64,000 nucleotides of DNA from an uncultured Gammaproteobacteria bacterium (GCA_964431235.1 CAYSJA010000030.1:1774-65773), one strand, 5' to 3'; numbered from the stretch's first letter, positions 9,369 through 19,615 are shown. The notes: generated from the sequence alone by a model not told the origin. Numbers and translations: made by a program.

Positions 9369-10616
9369 CTATTTTAAAAATTTCATTCTCTTGGGTAAAT
9401 ACTGACGCAAAATTTTAGGAATCAGAACTGAGCCGTCGGCCTGCTGATTTTGCTCTAAAATAGCCGGCAACAAACGACTGGTAGCTAAACCAGATCCGTT
9501 TAAAGTATGAACAAATTCATTTTTTCCGATCTTTTCATTTTTATATCTTATCTGACCGCGCCTGGCTTGATAATCAAGCGCATTGGATACGCTACTTACT
9601 TCTTTATAAACATTCATACTTGGTATAAATACTTCCAAATCATAAGTTTTAGCCATAGCAAAACCGCAATCACCGGCCGCCAATTTAGAAACTTGGAAAT
9701 GCAAATCTAAACCCTCTAATAACTTTTTAGCATTATTGACTAGTTCTGCAAACATTTGCCAACTTTCTTCTGGTCGAGAAAAGATAAACATCTCTATTTT
9801 ATTAAATTGATGCCCCCTTATCATTCCTCTTTCTTCCTGGCGGTAACTACCAGCCTCACGTCTAAAGCAAGGTGAATAGGCAAAATACTTTTTAGGCAAA
9901 TCATTTTCTAACAAAGTTTCGTTACGATGATAATTCCCTAACATCATTTCACTGGTAGCATTGAGACATAAAGAATCTTGATTCCAAAATAAATCATTTT
10001 TAAATTTAGGTAAATGTCCAGAAATATAAGCTGATTTTTCTGTAAGTAAAAAAGGAGGAATTAAAAATTCATATCCGTTATTAACGTGAAAATCAATAAA
10101 ATAAGAAAGCAGCGCCCATTCTAACATAGCGCCGAAACCAGTATAGCACCAAAAACCGGTTCCGGACATTTTTACCCCTCTTTCATAATCTATCAAATTC
10201 AAGGAAGAAGCCAATTCCATATGATCTTTAGGAGTAAAAGAAAAATCTGGTTTTTTGCCATAAGTATAAATAACTTCATTATTTTCCTTGCCGCCAGCCA
10301 CTACGTCAAGTGCTGGCAAATTAGGTAATTCTGACATCTTTTCAGCTAATTCTCTATCGATACGAGATAATTCTTCCTCAAACTTTTTTATTTTTATCCC
10401 TAAAGATTTCATATTAGCGATGATATCCGGCATCGGCTTAATCTTAGAATTTTTATTTTTTTCCGCTTTTAATTCCTCAATTTTGGAAATAAATTCGCGC
10501 CGTTTATCGTCCAAAGCGATAATTCTTTCTAAATTTAAATTAGCCAGATCCATCCTTTTAAGCAGCCCTGCTTTTACTTCCTCCTTTTTATCTCTTATTA
10601 AATTGATATCTAACAT
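9369..10616 (-). CDS. serS: seryl-tRNA synthetase
   Basis: MLDINLIRD N-terminal coiled-coil arm; class II core motifs (FRREAGS, GSGLATSR). Confidence 0.9.
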   Translation of the reverse strand: MLDINLIRDKKEEVKAGLLKRMDLANLNLERIIALDDKRREFISKIEELKAEKNKNSKIKPMPDIIANMKSLGIKIKKFEEELSRIDRELAEKMSELPNLPALDVVAGGKENNEVIYTYGKKPDFSFTPKDHMELASSLNLIDYERGVKMSGTGFWCYTGFGAMLEWALLSYFIDFHVNNGYEFLIPPFLLTEKSAYISGHLPKFKNDLFWNQDSLCLNATSEMMLGNYHRNETLLENDLPKKYFAYSPCFRREAGSYRQEERGMIRGHQFNKIEMFIFSRPEESWQMFAELVNNAKKLLEGLDLHFQVSKLAAGDCGFAMAKTYDLEVFIPSMNVYKEVSSVSNALDYQARRGQIRYKNEKIGKNEFVHTLNGSGLATSRLLPAILEQNQQADGSVLIPKILRQYLPKRMKFLK

Positions 10617-10625
10617 ATTTTTATT

Positions 10626-12272
10626 TTAATTTATTACTTCGCCACCAAAAGTCTTGAGCAAATTATTCATTAATGAGTCGTCCTTATTTCTCTGAGCTTT
10701 ACTATTATCTAAATTATTAAATTCATCGTTGGGCTGATTTTTTATTCCTCTCACGGCTAAATTTTCATCAAGCTCTGTTTTTAAATTAATACCAATACCA
10801 AACACTTCAATTAGAGTATTTTCTATCAAATTTTTAATATTTTCATCCTTTACTCTATCTTGATGAAATTTATATTTAAATATTAATCGTAAACAGCCAG
10901 AATTAATTTCCTGAGGTTCACAATTCTGCAATACGAAAGACAGAGAATGATTATATTTTTTAATTTTCATTAAAAATTCAGGCCATTTTTCCATTATTTG
11001 ATTATGATCTAAATTTATATCAATTCTTTTGTTATTTTCAATTTTCAAAGGGGATACAGAATCTTTTTTAGAATCTTTAGAATTAACCGCGGCTGAATTT
11101 AAATTATTGTTAGGTAAAACTGATTCAATTTCATTTTTAGAAATTAATTCTTCCTTCCTTGCTTTTAAAACAGTACCTACTTCTTGAGAACATATTTCTA
11201 TAACTGCTAATTCTAAAGGTAATTGTAAAATTAACTGATTTTTATCATCATAGGATATTAACAAACGTTTTATATAAAATAGCAATTGATTAAGAGATAA
11301 AGAAGCTGATAATTCATTTATTTTTATTTCCAAAGCATCGCCTAAATTAAGTCCTAAACTATCAGATAATTGAGGATTGATCTTAAAAATAATCATCTTC
11401 CTAACCATAAAAATAATTTCACTAATAAAATTCTTGATACTAGCTCCAGAATCAGCTAACGAATTTACTAATGCTAAAGCTTTTACTGTATCTTTGCGGG
11501 GGAAATAAGATAAAAGTTCAATAACTTCGCTATTATTATAATGAGGCATAACTAATTCAGCCTGCTCCAAGCTTATCCTTTTATCCCCCAAAGAAAAAAT
11601 TTGTCCTAACAGGCTTTCCGCATCCCGCAAATGACCGTTACTACGCCTAGCCACCGCCTCTAAAATTTCAGTGTCTATTTCTTTCTTTTCTTGTTTTGCT
11701 ATTAATTTTAATTTAGTAACTATATCAAAAATGCTTATTTTTTTAAAATCAAAACGTTCACAACGGGAAACAATGGTATAAGGGACTTTATGGACTTCGG
11801 TAGTACATAATATAAATATAACATAAGGTGGCGGCTCTTCTATTATTTTTAAAAGAGCATTAAAAGCTGAAGGCGAAAGCATGTGAACTTCGTCAATAAT
11901 AAATATTTTATATTTAGCCCGACTTGGAACTAATCGAGAAAAAGAAATAATATTCTCTCTCACATTATCTACCCCAGTATTGGAAGCAGCGTCTATTTCA
12001 ATAACATCTAAATGGTTGCCAGCCGTAATATCTTGACAATTATTACACTTTCCGCAGGGCTCATAATCATTTTCCTGACGATTAAGACAATTAACTGATT
12101 TAGCTAAAACTCGGGCCATCGTAGTTTTACCCACTGCTCGGGGACCGCAAAAAAGAAAAGCCTGGGCTAGCTTACCGGTGCTTATCTCGTTTTGCAAGGT
12201 AATTTTAATATGTTTTTGCCCTAAAATTTCAGAGAAATTCTGCGGGCGATAATTGCGATATAAAGTAGACAT
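10626..12272 (-). CDS. dnaX: DNA polymerase III subunit gamma/tau
   Basis: AAA+ Walker A GPRAVGKTT, zinc module CGKCNNCQDI, Walker B IIDEVHML. Confidence 0.9.
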   Translation of the reverse strand: MSTLYRNYRPQNFSEILGQKHIKITLQNEISTGKLAQAFLFCGPRAVGKTTMARVLAKSVNCLNRQENDYEPCGKCNNCQDITAGNHLDVIEIDAASNTGVDNVRENIISFSRLVPSRAKYKIFIIDEVHMLSPSAFNALLKIIEEPPPYVIFILCTTEVHKVPYTIVSRCERFDFKKISIFDIVTKLKLIAKQEKKEIDTEILEAVARRSNGHLRDAESLLGQIFSLGDKRISLEQAELVMPHYNNSEVIELLSYFPRKDTVKALALVNSLADSGASIKNFISEIIFMVRKMIIFKINPQLSDSLGLNLGDALEIKINELSASLSLNQLLFYIKRLLISYDDKNQLILQLPLELAVIEICSQEVGTVLKARKEELISKNEIESVLPNNNLNSAAVNSKDSKKDSVSPLKIENNKRIDINLDHNQIMEKWPEFLMKIKKYNHSLSFVLQNCEPQEINSGCLRLIFKYKFHQDRVKDENIKNLIENTLIEVFGIGINLKTELDENLAVRGIKNQPNDEFNNLDNSKAQRNKDDSLMNNLLKTFGGEVIN

Positions 12273-12275
12273 AAA

Positions 12276-14744
12276 TTATTTTGTTATTTGCGTCCGCCTA
12301 GTAATTTCAGCTTCCACTAGTCTGACACTTCGACCATATTTCAAACGAGAAAGAGAACGGATACGATCAGCTATCTCTTCCCTCTTTACTCCCATAAGAG
12401 GCCAAATGGTTCGTAAAGAGAAAGGGCGAGCAGCAGTATTATCTATTAAAAGTTTAATATAAGCAGTCCCTTTGTCAATGTTTATAAGATCATATTCATT
12501 AAAAACCGGACTAAATTCTTTTACTAGAAATTCAGCGTCTTCTGAACCGACTTTGAAATTTATAATTGTGCCAATATTACCAAAAACAGCGTCTTTTATT
12601 TCTGTATTATTATTTTTAACAAGCTGACCAATATACTGATGGGCAACAACCAGATTTAGAGCGTATTTTCTAGCTTCAGACAGTATCTGGCAAATGGAAT
12701 TGGTGGTGAAATTCTGAAATTCATCAATATAAAGATAAAAATCTTTCCTTTTTTTTGCCGGCAAATCAGTACGGGATAAAGCACCCATTAAAATTTTTCC
12801 TACTAAGATCATCCCTAAAAGATAAGCATTCATTTCCCCAACTGTTCCCTTGGGCAAATCAACCAATAAAATTTTCTGCTTATCCATAATTTCACGCAGA
12901 TTAAAAGCACTTTTTTGCTGCCCTATTATCGGCCGCATCATATCATTAGAAATAAAGGAAGTTAATTTAGAGGTAATATAAGGAACAATATTAGCTAAAG
13001 CCGCTTCACCACCAGCTTTTTCCGCTTCTTTAGTCCAAAAATCAACTACTGTTTTATTCTTACACCTTTCTAATTTTAAACGCCGAAAATTGACATCAGC
13101 TAAAACTTTAGGGATTTCCATTAAAGTAGAACCAGAAGCAGGATCCTCCATTACCAATAACATTGCGTTTCTCATATATTGTTCAAACATAGGCCCGCCG
13201 GTTGACTTTAAATCATAAAGTTTATCAAAAATTCCTATCATCTCATTAATAACAAAACTTTTTTGTTCTGGATAGCGCGAATCGTATTCTAATAAATTAA
13301 GCGCTAGCGGTCTTTCTAAATCAGCTGGTGAAAAAATAATTACATCTTCCGATCTTTCCGGCGGAATACGCTCTAAAATATCTTGGATTAAATCACCATG
13401 GGGATCCAAAACGCAAACCCCTTCACCATTTTGAATATCCTGAATTGCCATATTAGCTAAAAGTACAGATTTACCAACACCAGACTTACCAACTACATAG
13501 GTGTGGCGTCTTCTATCATCTCTTTTAATCTTAATTTCTTTTTTAAACCCGCGATAAAAATTATACCCTAAAATAATTCCCTCTTCCGGAGTTTCAGCTG
13601 GAGCCGGAGCTGATTTGGCTGTTAGCCATAAAATATTAGGAGTTTCCACACTTCGCAAAGGTAAATGGAAAATACTGGCTAATTCTTCGCTATTTAAAAG
13701 AAAACTATTCTTTTCCCGAAAATGGCGATAAATAAAATCTTTTATAATCTTATCTTGATTCTTTTTCTTAGCTCTGGAGAAAGAATTACCATAAGAAAAA
13801 TTATTATATTCAGAAAAAGCGCTGGCAATATTTTCTAAATGTCTATCGGCTTTTTCTTTGCTTTGAGAAAAACTAAGCACCCGTAAATTAACATCAAGAC
13901 CAGCTTTTAAATTTTTTTCTTCTATTTTTTTAAGCATCTCTTCTTCAATCGCGCTAAGGCGCCTTTCTGGCTTTGACTCTAAATTTTGACCTTTATTTTT
14001 TGTAGGTGGATTTATAAAAGAAAAGGCTTTATCTAAAATATTTGATTTCAAACCCTCAGAAACAGAATTCTTTTGCTGTATCTGAAACACTTTTTTTCTC
14101 ACTGCTCCATGCCAAGAACTCCTAGCACTGCGTACTAAATATTGTAAGGACAAACTCTCTCCTTTTTCCAATTTAGATAAAACATTGATTAAAGAATTCA
14201 TGGGATCGACTTCCATTTCTTGATAAGTTTTTAAAGGAAAAATAAAACTTTTACTAGTTTTTAAATAAGCGGCTGACACTTGACCCTGAACACCAAAAGA
14301 ATTATAGTCTTCTATTTCCTCAATTGAAGCGGCTGGATACTGAGCATGAATTTGTTGCTCTAAATAACGAAAACTTTCAGAAGCGCAAGCAAAATAAAAA
14401 ACAATTTTTTTAGAATCAGCCACTATTTCAAAAGAAACATGATCTTGACGTCCCAGCAACCAAGCTTTGAAACCGTGTTGAGCTTTTAATCCACCAATAG
14501 CCGCAAATATGGCTTCGCCTTTGGCTATTTCTTCTCTTAGCTCTTGGACAGAATTATTATTATTTTTATCTTCAGGTTTTTCTTTAGGAATACGGACAGA
14601 AAAGACATGGTGATTGAAATAACGGCGTCTAGAAAAAACTATCCTAAACAAACGTAAAATTATAAAAATAGCTATCACTACCGCTAAAACGGCAAACAAA
14701 TAAAGCCAAATAGTATTAAAATCTGTTATCTCAAAAGTCAACAT
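12276..14744 (-). CDS. membrane-anchored type IV coupling protein-like ATPase (VirD4/TraG/TraD family, or DUF87/HerA-like)
   Basis: N-terminal TM helix; Walker A VVGKSGVGKS; VLDPHGDL resembles the coupling-protein DPKGE motif; Walker B LYIDEFQNF; VVAHQ sensor motif. Confidence 0.6.
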   Translation of the reverse strand: MLTFEITDFNTIWLYLFAVLAVVIAIFIILRLFRIVFSRRRYFNHHVFSVRIPKEKPEDKNNNNSVQELREEIAKGEAIFAAIGGLKAQHGFKAWLLGRQDHVSFEIVADSKKIVFYFACASESFRYLEQQIHAQYPAASIEEIEDYNSFGVQGQVSAAYLKTSKSFIFPLKTYQEMEVDPMNSLINVLSKLEKGESLSLQYLVRSARSSWHGAVRKKVFQIQQKNSVSEGLKSNILDKAFSFINPPTKNKGQNLESKPERRLSAIEEEMLKKIEEKNLKAGLDVNLRVLSFSQSKEKADRHLENIASAFSEYNNFSYGNSFSRAKKKNQDKIIKDFIYRHFREKNSFLLNSEELASIFHLPLRSVETPNILWLTAKSAPAPAETPEEGIILGYNFYRGFKKEIKIKRDDRRRHTYVVGKSGVGKSVLLANMAIQDIQNGEGVCVLDPHGDLIQDILERIPPERSEDVIIFSPADLERPLALNLLEYDSRYPEQKSFVINEMIGIFDKLYDLKSTGGPMFEQYMRNAMLLVMEDPASGSTLMEIPKVLADVNFRRLKLERCKNKTVVDFWTKEAEKAGGEAALANIVPYITSKLTSFISNDMMRPIIGQQKSAFNLREIMDKQKILLVDLPKGTVGEMNAYLLGMILVGKILMGALSRTDLPAKKRKDFYLYIDEFQNFTTNSICQILSEARKYALNLVVAHQYIGQLVKNNNTEIKDAVFGNIGTIINFKVGSEDAEFLVKEFSPVFNEYDLINIDKGTAYIKLLIDNTAARPFSLRTIWPLMGVKREEIADRIRSLSRLKYGRSVRLVEAEITRRTQITK

Positions 14745-14749
14745 AAACT

Positions 14750-15265
14750 CTATACTTTATCTTTTAAATTTATTATTTTATCAGCTTTTATTTTAGCTTC
14801 CTGTTCTAAAAAAAATTGGTTGATACCAGGAATTATCTTCAGCCATTTTTTTATCAAATTTATTATTTTACCAATCTTTATCTTAGTTTTATCTAATAAT
14901 GAATTTATTTTTTCTACAGTTTCTTCACCAGCCAATTTGAATTCTTGCTGTTTTTTCGGATTAAGCTTTAAAAAAATTTCATGTAAACCTTCGGCTAAAA
15001 TCTTATCTATTTCTTGAGATCGGCGTTTATGAAAACTAAGAGCTTGTCCAGAAATAGTATTTATTTCTGCTTCTTCTCTAATTTTAACTTCTGTTTTATC
15101 AGCCTTTTTTCTAGTATCTAAACTTTCTTCCCTTTTTTCACTGCGCGCTTCTAAATTTTCCGGCGTAATAATATTTTCCTGATTCTCTTCGGATATTTTA
15201 AAATTCTCCGGATTTATTTTTAAATTCTCCGGATTGTTTTTTTTAGATTCACTGGCTATAGCCAT
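14750..15265 (-). CDS. hypothetical K/E-rich protein
   Basis: ORF immediately upstream of, and co-directional with, the coupling-protein-like gene; low complexity with a predicted coiled coil. Confidence 0.4.
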   Translation of the reverse strand: MAIASESKKNNPENLKINPENFKISEENQENIITPENLEARSEKREESLDTRKKADKTEVKIREEAEINTISGQALSFHKRRSQEIDKILAEGLHEIFLKLNPKKQQEFKLAGEETVEKINSLLDKTKIKIGKIINLIKKWLKIIPGINQFFLEQEAKIKADKIINLKDKV

Positions 15266-15285
15266 ATTATTATATTTATCTATTT

Positions 15286-15470
15286 TTACTCTAAACTAAT
15301 AGCTTGAACTGGACAATTTTGCTCAGCATTTTTAGCACAGTCAGTTATCTTTGGATTAATAACTTCTGATTTATTAACAGCGTTCATTTGAAAAGTCTCT
15401 GGGCATATGCTAGCACAAAGACCACAGCCAATACATTTGTTTTTATCTACTTTTACTATAAAATTGTATA
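15286..15470 (-). CDS. 4Fe-4S single-cluster ferredoxin (Pyrococcus/Thermotoga type) lacking a canonical start codon
   Basis: Manual minus-strand translation: IVKVDKNKCIGCGLCASICPETFQMNAVNKSEVINPKITDCAKNAEQNCPVQAISLE*. CxxCxxCxxxCP followed by C(x7)CP. There is no in-frame ATG/GTG/TTG between the upstream in-frame stop and the first Cys, only ATA/ATT codons. Coordinates approximate (+/-2). Confidence 0.6.
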
Positions 15471-15597
15471 ATTATTTTTTAATTATTTTATACTTTTATT
15501 ATAACACAATTTGAAAAAAATAAAACTGCTCTTAATAGCTTTTTATTGGCTAAAAAAAGAATAATTTTTTTATCTTCATACCTAAAATTATGGGTAT

Positions 15598-15627
15598 TTG
15601 ACAATTTGTTAAGCTTTTGTTATATTT
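15598..15627 (+). promoter_or_regulatory. sigma70-like promoter for rpmA
   Basis: TTGACA, 17 nt spacer, TATATT, about 70 nt upstream of the rpmA start. Confidence 0.4.
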
Positions 15628-15697
15628 ATTAAATAAAAGATAAAATAAATTTTAAAATACAAGCTAAAATAGCTAGTATTTTTTAGATAAAATCTAT

Positions 15698-15994
15698 ATG
15701 GCACATAAGAAAGCCGGTGGTTCTACTGCTCTTGGCCGCGATTCAAAAGGTAGACGTCTCGGCATAAAACTAACAGATGGAGAATGGGCTAAGGCCGGCT
15801 CCATTATTATCAGACAACGCGGAACCAAATATCATCCTGGATTAAATGTTAAAAAAGGGAAAGATGACACTTTGTTTGCAACAATTAGTGGATTTGTTAA
15901 ATTTAGTACCAAGAAACTGAAAAAATTTAATAATACCCTAAAAAGCAATAAAATCGTCAATATCATACCAAAAAAGATAACCATTAAAAAATAA
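15698..15994 (+). CDS. rpmA: 50S ribosomal protein L27
   Basis: [24 protein letters not shown]...[12 protein letters not shown]. Confidence 0.9.
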   Translation: MAHKKAGGSTALGRDSKGRRLGIKLTDGEWAKAGSIIIRQRGTKYHPGLNVKKGKDDTLFATISGFVKFSTKKLKKFNNTLKSNKIVNIIPKKITIKK

Positions 15995-16012
15995 TCAAGT
16001 ATAAAAATTTTA

Positions 16013-16045
16013 ATAAAATAGCCTGATGAAGGCTATTTTATTTTT
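16013..16045. terminator. bidirectional rho-independent terminator between convergent rpmA and pyrG
   Basis: ATAGCCT-GATGA-AGGCTAT hairpin flanked by A/T runs on both sides. Confidence 0.55.
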
Positions 16046-16063
16046 AATGTTATTATTAGGTTA

Positions 16064-17755
16064 TTATTTTAAATTTTTCTTAGCAACTCTTATAAACTCC
16101 ACAAATAAAGGATGGGGGGATAAAGGACGAGAAATATACTCTGGATGAAATTGAACCCCGATAAAAAAAGGATGATTGGAAAGCTCAATCGCCTCAACTA
16201 TTTTTCCATCCGGTGATGTACCAGAAATTACAAGACCCAATTTCTTAAACTCATCTTTATAATTATTATTAAATTCATAACGATGGCGATGTCTTTCTAA
16301 AACTGTTTTATCAGAGTTAAATTTAGCATAAGATGCGGCTAATCTGGTACCGGGGTGTAAATAACAAGGCCAAGCTCCTAAACGAATAGTCCCGCCATAA
16401 CCCTTTTCTTTTATTAATTCATCCTGACCAGGCATAATGTGAATAACTGGGTTAGTGGCTTTGGAATTAATTTCAGCTGAATTAACATCTTTTAAACCAG
16501 CTACATGGCGGGCAAATTCTATTACTGCCATTTGCATACCATAACAAAGACCAAAATAAGGAATTTTATTTTCCCGACAATATTTAATTGCCTTTATCTT
16601 TCCTTCTGAACCCCGTTTTCCCCAGCCCTGAGGAATAATAATCCCATCTAAAGTTTTAAAAACTTTGTTTCCCTTTTTCTCAACGTCTTCTGCTCCCAGC
16701 CAATGTATTTTAGTCTGACAATGATTATAGGCAGAAGCATGCTTTACTGCCTCAATTACAGAAATGTAAGAATCTGCTAATTCAAAATCACCACTGGCGA
16801 AATATTTTCCTACTATGCCAATATTTATTTCCGGACTTTTTACCTTAATCGCTTGGGTCATTTTACGCCAACTATCATTATTTATCTTTTTATCCGGCAA
16901 ATTAAATTTTTCTAAAATACGACTACCTAAATTATTTTTTTCAAAACTTAAAGGAATATCGTAAATAGAATCAACATCAGGAGCGGAAATTACATTATTA
17001 GCGGGTACATTACAATTTATTGATAATTTTTCTATTCTAGTAGAATCAATCGGCTTTTCGCTTCTGGCTACTAAAAAATCTGGTTGAATTCCAGCGCCCT
17101 GTAAATTCCTAACCGCATGCTGAGTCGGTTTAGTTTTCATTTCTCCAATTTTCTTAGGAATAGGAAGATATGAAACCATAACAAATAAAACATTTTTAGG
17201 TTCATAAAGCTTCATGACACGAGCCGCTTCTAAAAACAATAGATTCTCATATTCTCCCACGGTACCGCCAATTTCAATAATCATTATCTCTGCCTTGGTT
17301 TTACTTACTGCTTTCTCTATTCTGTCTCTTACTTCCATTGGAATATGAGGCACTACTTGTACACATTTCCCCTTATATTCTAAATTACGCTCTCGGAGAA
17401 TAACTGACTGATAGATGCGCCCGGTAGTCATATAATTTTCCCGATAAATATTTTTGTTTAAAAAACGCTCATAATTACCAATATCTTGATCAGTTTCATC
17501 ACCATCCTCAGTAACAAAGACTTCACCGTGTTCAATCGGATTCATAGTACCGGCATCAACATTAATATATGGATCTATTTTAATAATACTGATATTATAG
17601 CCTCTAGCCTGTAAAATTTGACCAATAGAAGCGGTAGTCACTCCCTTACCTACTCCTGACATTACACCACCAACTACAAAAATATATTTAGTTTCATTGC
17701 TTATTTTCTTGACTTGTTGAGATTTTTTAGTTTTAACAATCATACTATTTGACAT
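16064..17755 (-). CDS. pyrG: CTP synthase
   Basis: N-terminal YIFVVGGVMSGVGKG, C-terminal glutamine amidotransferase domain (GLCYGMQ); 563 aa. Confidence 0.92.
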   Translation of the reverse strand: MSNSMIVKTKKSQQVKKISNETKYIFVVGGVMSGVGKGVTTASIGQILQARGYNISIIKIDPYINVDAGTMNPIEHGEVFVTEDGDETDQDIGNYERFLNKNIYRENYMTTGRIYQSVILRERNLEYKGKCVQVVPHIPMEVRDRIEKAVSKTKAEIMIIEIGGTVGEYENLLFLEAARVMKLYEPKNVLFVMVSYLPIPKKIGEMKTKPTQHAVRNLQGAGIQPDFLVARSEKPIDSTRIEKLSINCNVPANNVISAPDVDSIYDIPLSFEKNNLGSRILEKFNLPDKKINNDSWRKMTQAIKVKSPEINIGIVGKYFASGDFELADSYISVIEAVKHASAYNHCQTKIHWLGAEDVEKKGNKVFKTLDGIIIPQGWGKRGSEGKIKAIKYCRENKIPYFGLCYGMQMAVIEFARHVAGLKDVNSAEINSKATNPVIHIMPGQDELIKEKGYGGTIRLGAWPCYLHPGTRLAASYAKFNSDKTVLERHRHRYEFNNNYKDEFKKLGLVISGTSPDGKIVEAIELSNHPFFIGVQFHPEYISRPLSPHPLFVEFIRVAKKNLK

Positions 17756-17777
17756 TTTTATTATTTTAACACCTTTT

Positions 17778-19007
17778 TTATCTTTTTCTTTCCAAAATAA
17801 ACTCTACTGCCCCATCAAGTTGAGGATCACGATCATTATTAATGTCATCTTCGGTAAAATCAATCTCAATCTGCGGAGCGATACCTTTATCATGTATATA
17901 ATCTCCTTCCGGCGTCAACCATTTAGCAATAGTAATTTTTAAAGATGAACCATCACTCAAATCTTTAACAGCTTGTACTGATCCTTTACCAAAACTCTGT
18001 TTGCCTAAAATAGTAGCTTTCCCATAGTCTCGTAAAGCGCCGGCTAATATTTCCGAGGCCGAAGCACTACCTTCATTTATTAAAACAGCTGTTGGAAAAC
18101 TACTTAGTCTGGCGCTGCCATTAGATGGATGTTCAGCTCGGCGATTTTCACCGAATTGTTCTGCCACTATGGGACCAGCTTCTATCCATTCACTGGCTAT
18201 ATAAACTGCTGTTTCTAAATAACCACCAGGATTATTACGCAAATCCAAAATTATTCCCTCAGGCTGCTTAAGCAGAATTTCCACCACTGTTTGATTAAAT
18301 AAACTTTGAGTATCATCATTAAAATTACTGATTTTGATATAATAAATATTATCTGCTAGCATTTCTGATTTGACACTAGCGACAAAAATCATATCTCTAA
18401 CAATGGTGATATCAAGCGGCTTGTTCTCACCTCTTATAATCGTCAAAGTAACCTCTGTCCCTTTTTCTCCCCTTATCCTTTTTACCGCTTCATTAACGGT
18501 CAATCCTAAAGCTGATTCACCATCAATAGCATAAATTTTATCTCCCGCTCTCAAGCCAGCTTTTTGAGCCGGCATACCATCTAAAGGGGCAATTACGGTT
18601 ACTATTTCGTTTCTCATTCCAATTTCTGCTCCTATACCTTCAAAAGTACCGGATAAATCTTCATAAAATTCTTTAGTTAATTCTGGATTCATAAATATAG
18701 TATAAGGATCGTTAGTAGCGCCGGTTAAACCTTCTAAAGAGCCATAAAAAAGATCTCGATCTTTAATTTTATTCTTGTCGACATGATTATCTTTTATACT
18801 GTTCCAAACTTCAAAGTACAAATTAAAATCAAAATAATCTTTATTATTATTCAAAGCTGTATTTTTAGCTTCTTCAGAATAAGCTAGACTGAAAACATTA
18901 TTATTAATTCCACCTAAATAGAAACCAAATAAAAAAATTCCTCCTACTAATACAGTGAATAATAAAAAGAGAATAAATTTATTAATCTTTTTCTTACTAA
19001 TATACAT
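17778..19007 (-). CDS. ctpA: S41 family C-terminal processing peptidase (PDZ domain)
   Basis: N-terminal TM helix, PDZ region, S41 catalytic region (GSASASEILAGALRD ... GKGSVQ). Confidence 0.8.
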   Translation of the reverse strand: MYISKKKINKFILFLLFTVLVGGIFLFGFYLGGINNNVFSLAYSEEAKNTALNNNKDYFDFNLYFEVWNSIKDNHVDKNKIKDRDLFYGSLEGLTGATNDPYTIFMNPELTKEFYEDLSGTFEGIGAEIGMRNEIVTVIAPLDGMPAQKAGLRAGDKIYAIDGESALGLTVNEAVKRIRGEKGTEVTLTIIRGENKPLDITIVRDMIFVASVKSEMLADNIYYIKISNFNDDTQSLFNQTVVEILLKQPEGIILDLRNNPGGYLETAVYIASEWIEAGPIVAEQFGENRRAEHPSNGSARLSSFPTAVLINEGSASASEILAGALRDYGKATILGKQSFGKGSVQAVKDLSDGSSLKITIAKWLTPEGDYIHDKGIAPQIEIDFTEDDINNDRDPQLDGAVEFILERKR

Positions 19008-19018
19008 ATCTAAATTTG

Positions 19019-19612
19019 TTATCTAATTATTTTTACTTCTTTTTGACTCAAATCTAAAATACGTGAAGGCCTACGTCGATGACAAGAACCGTTATCAACT
19101 ACCAGGCTGGGCTTATCTTTTAAAAAAATTTGATTTAAATTCTTTAAGCTAATAAGAGGAACTCGTCCGCTAATATTCAAGCTGGTAGAAATAAGCGGCG
19201 CGTTTAATCTCTTTATTATTTTAATTAAAAAATTAGATTTAGGCAAACGCAAAGAAATAGTTCCTTGCGGACTAACAATATTGGGCAATAAACCAATTTT
19301 GGCCGGCATAATTACTGTAGTAGGCCGCCTTCCTTGCCAAATCGCTTTTATCTTCTCTTTTTTATCCTTATTAATAATGGCATAGCGGCAAGCCATGGAT
19401 AAGCTGCCTACTAAGATAATAAAGGGTTTATTTTTCCGCCTTTTTTTTAAAGAAAAAATCTTTTTCACTGCCTTTTTATTGCTTGCTAAACAACTTAATC
19501 CATAAATAGTATCTGTTGGCAAGATTGCTACCTTACCCTGTTTTAAACAGTCTAATATCTTTTTATAATCAGAAGCTGTTAAATCATTAATATTTTTTCG
19601 TAAATAAATCAT
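19019..19612 (-). CDS. tsaC: L-threonylcarbamoyladenylate synthase (YrdC/TsaC family)
   Basis: VAILPTDTIYGLSC motif; ~200 aa YrdC fold. Confidence 0.75.
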   Translation of the reverse strand: MIYLRKNINDLTASDYKKILDCLKQGKVAILPTDTIYGLSCLASNKKAVKKIFSLKKRRKNKPFIILVGSLSMACRYAIINKDKKEKIKAIWQGRRPTTVIMPAKIGLLPNIVSPQGTISLRLPKSNFLIKIIKRLNAPLISTSLNISGRVPLISLKNLNQIFLKDKPSLVVDNGSCHRRRPSRILDLSQKEVKIIR

Positions 19613-19615
19613 TTG

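Noticed and set aside
11740-11760. A-run inside dnaX as a programmed frameshift site for gamma subunit production
   Set aside because: The classical A-AAA-AAG heptamer plus a downstream stem-loop could not be confirmed in the correct frame by eye. Many A-runs exist in this AT-rich gene.
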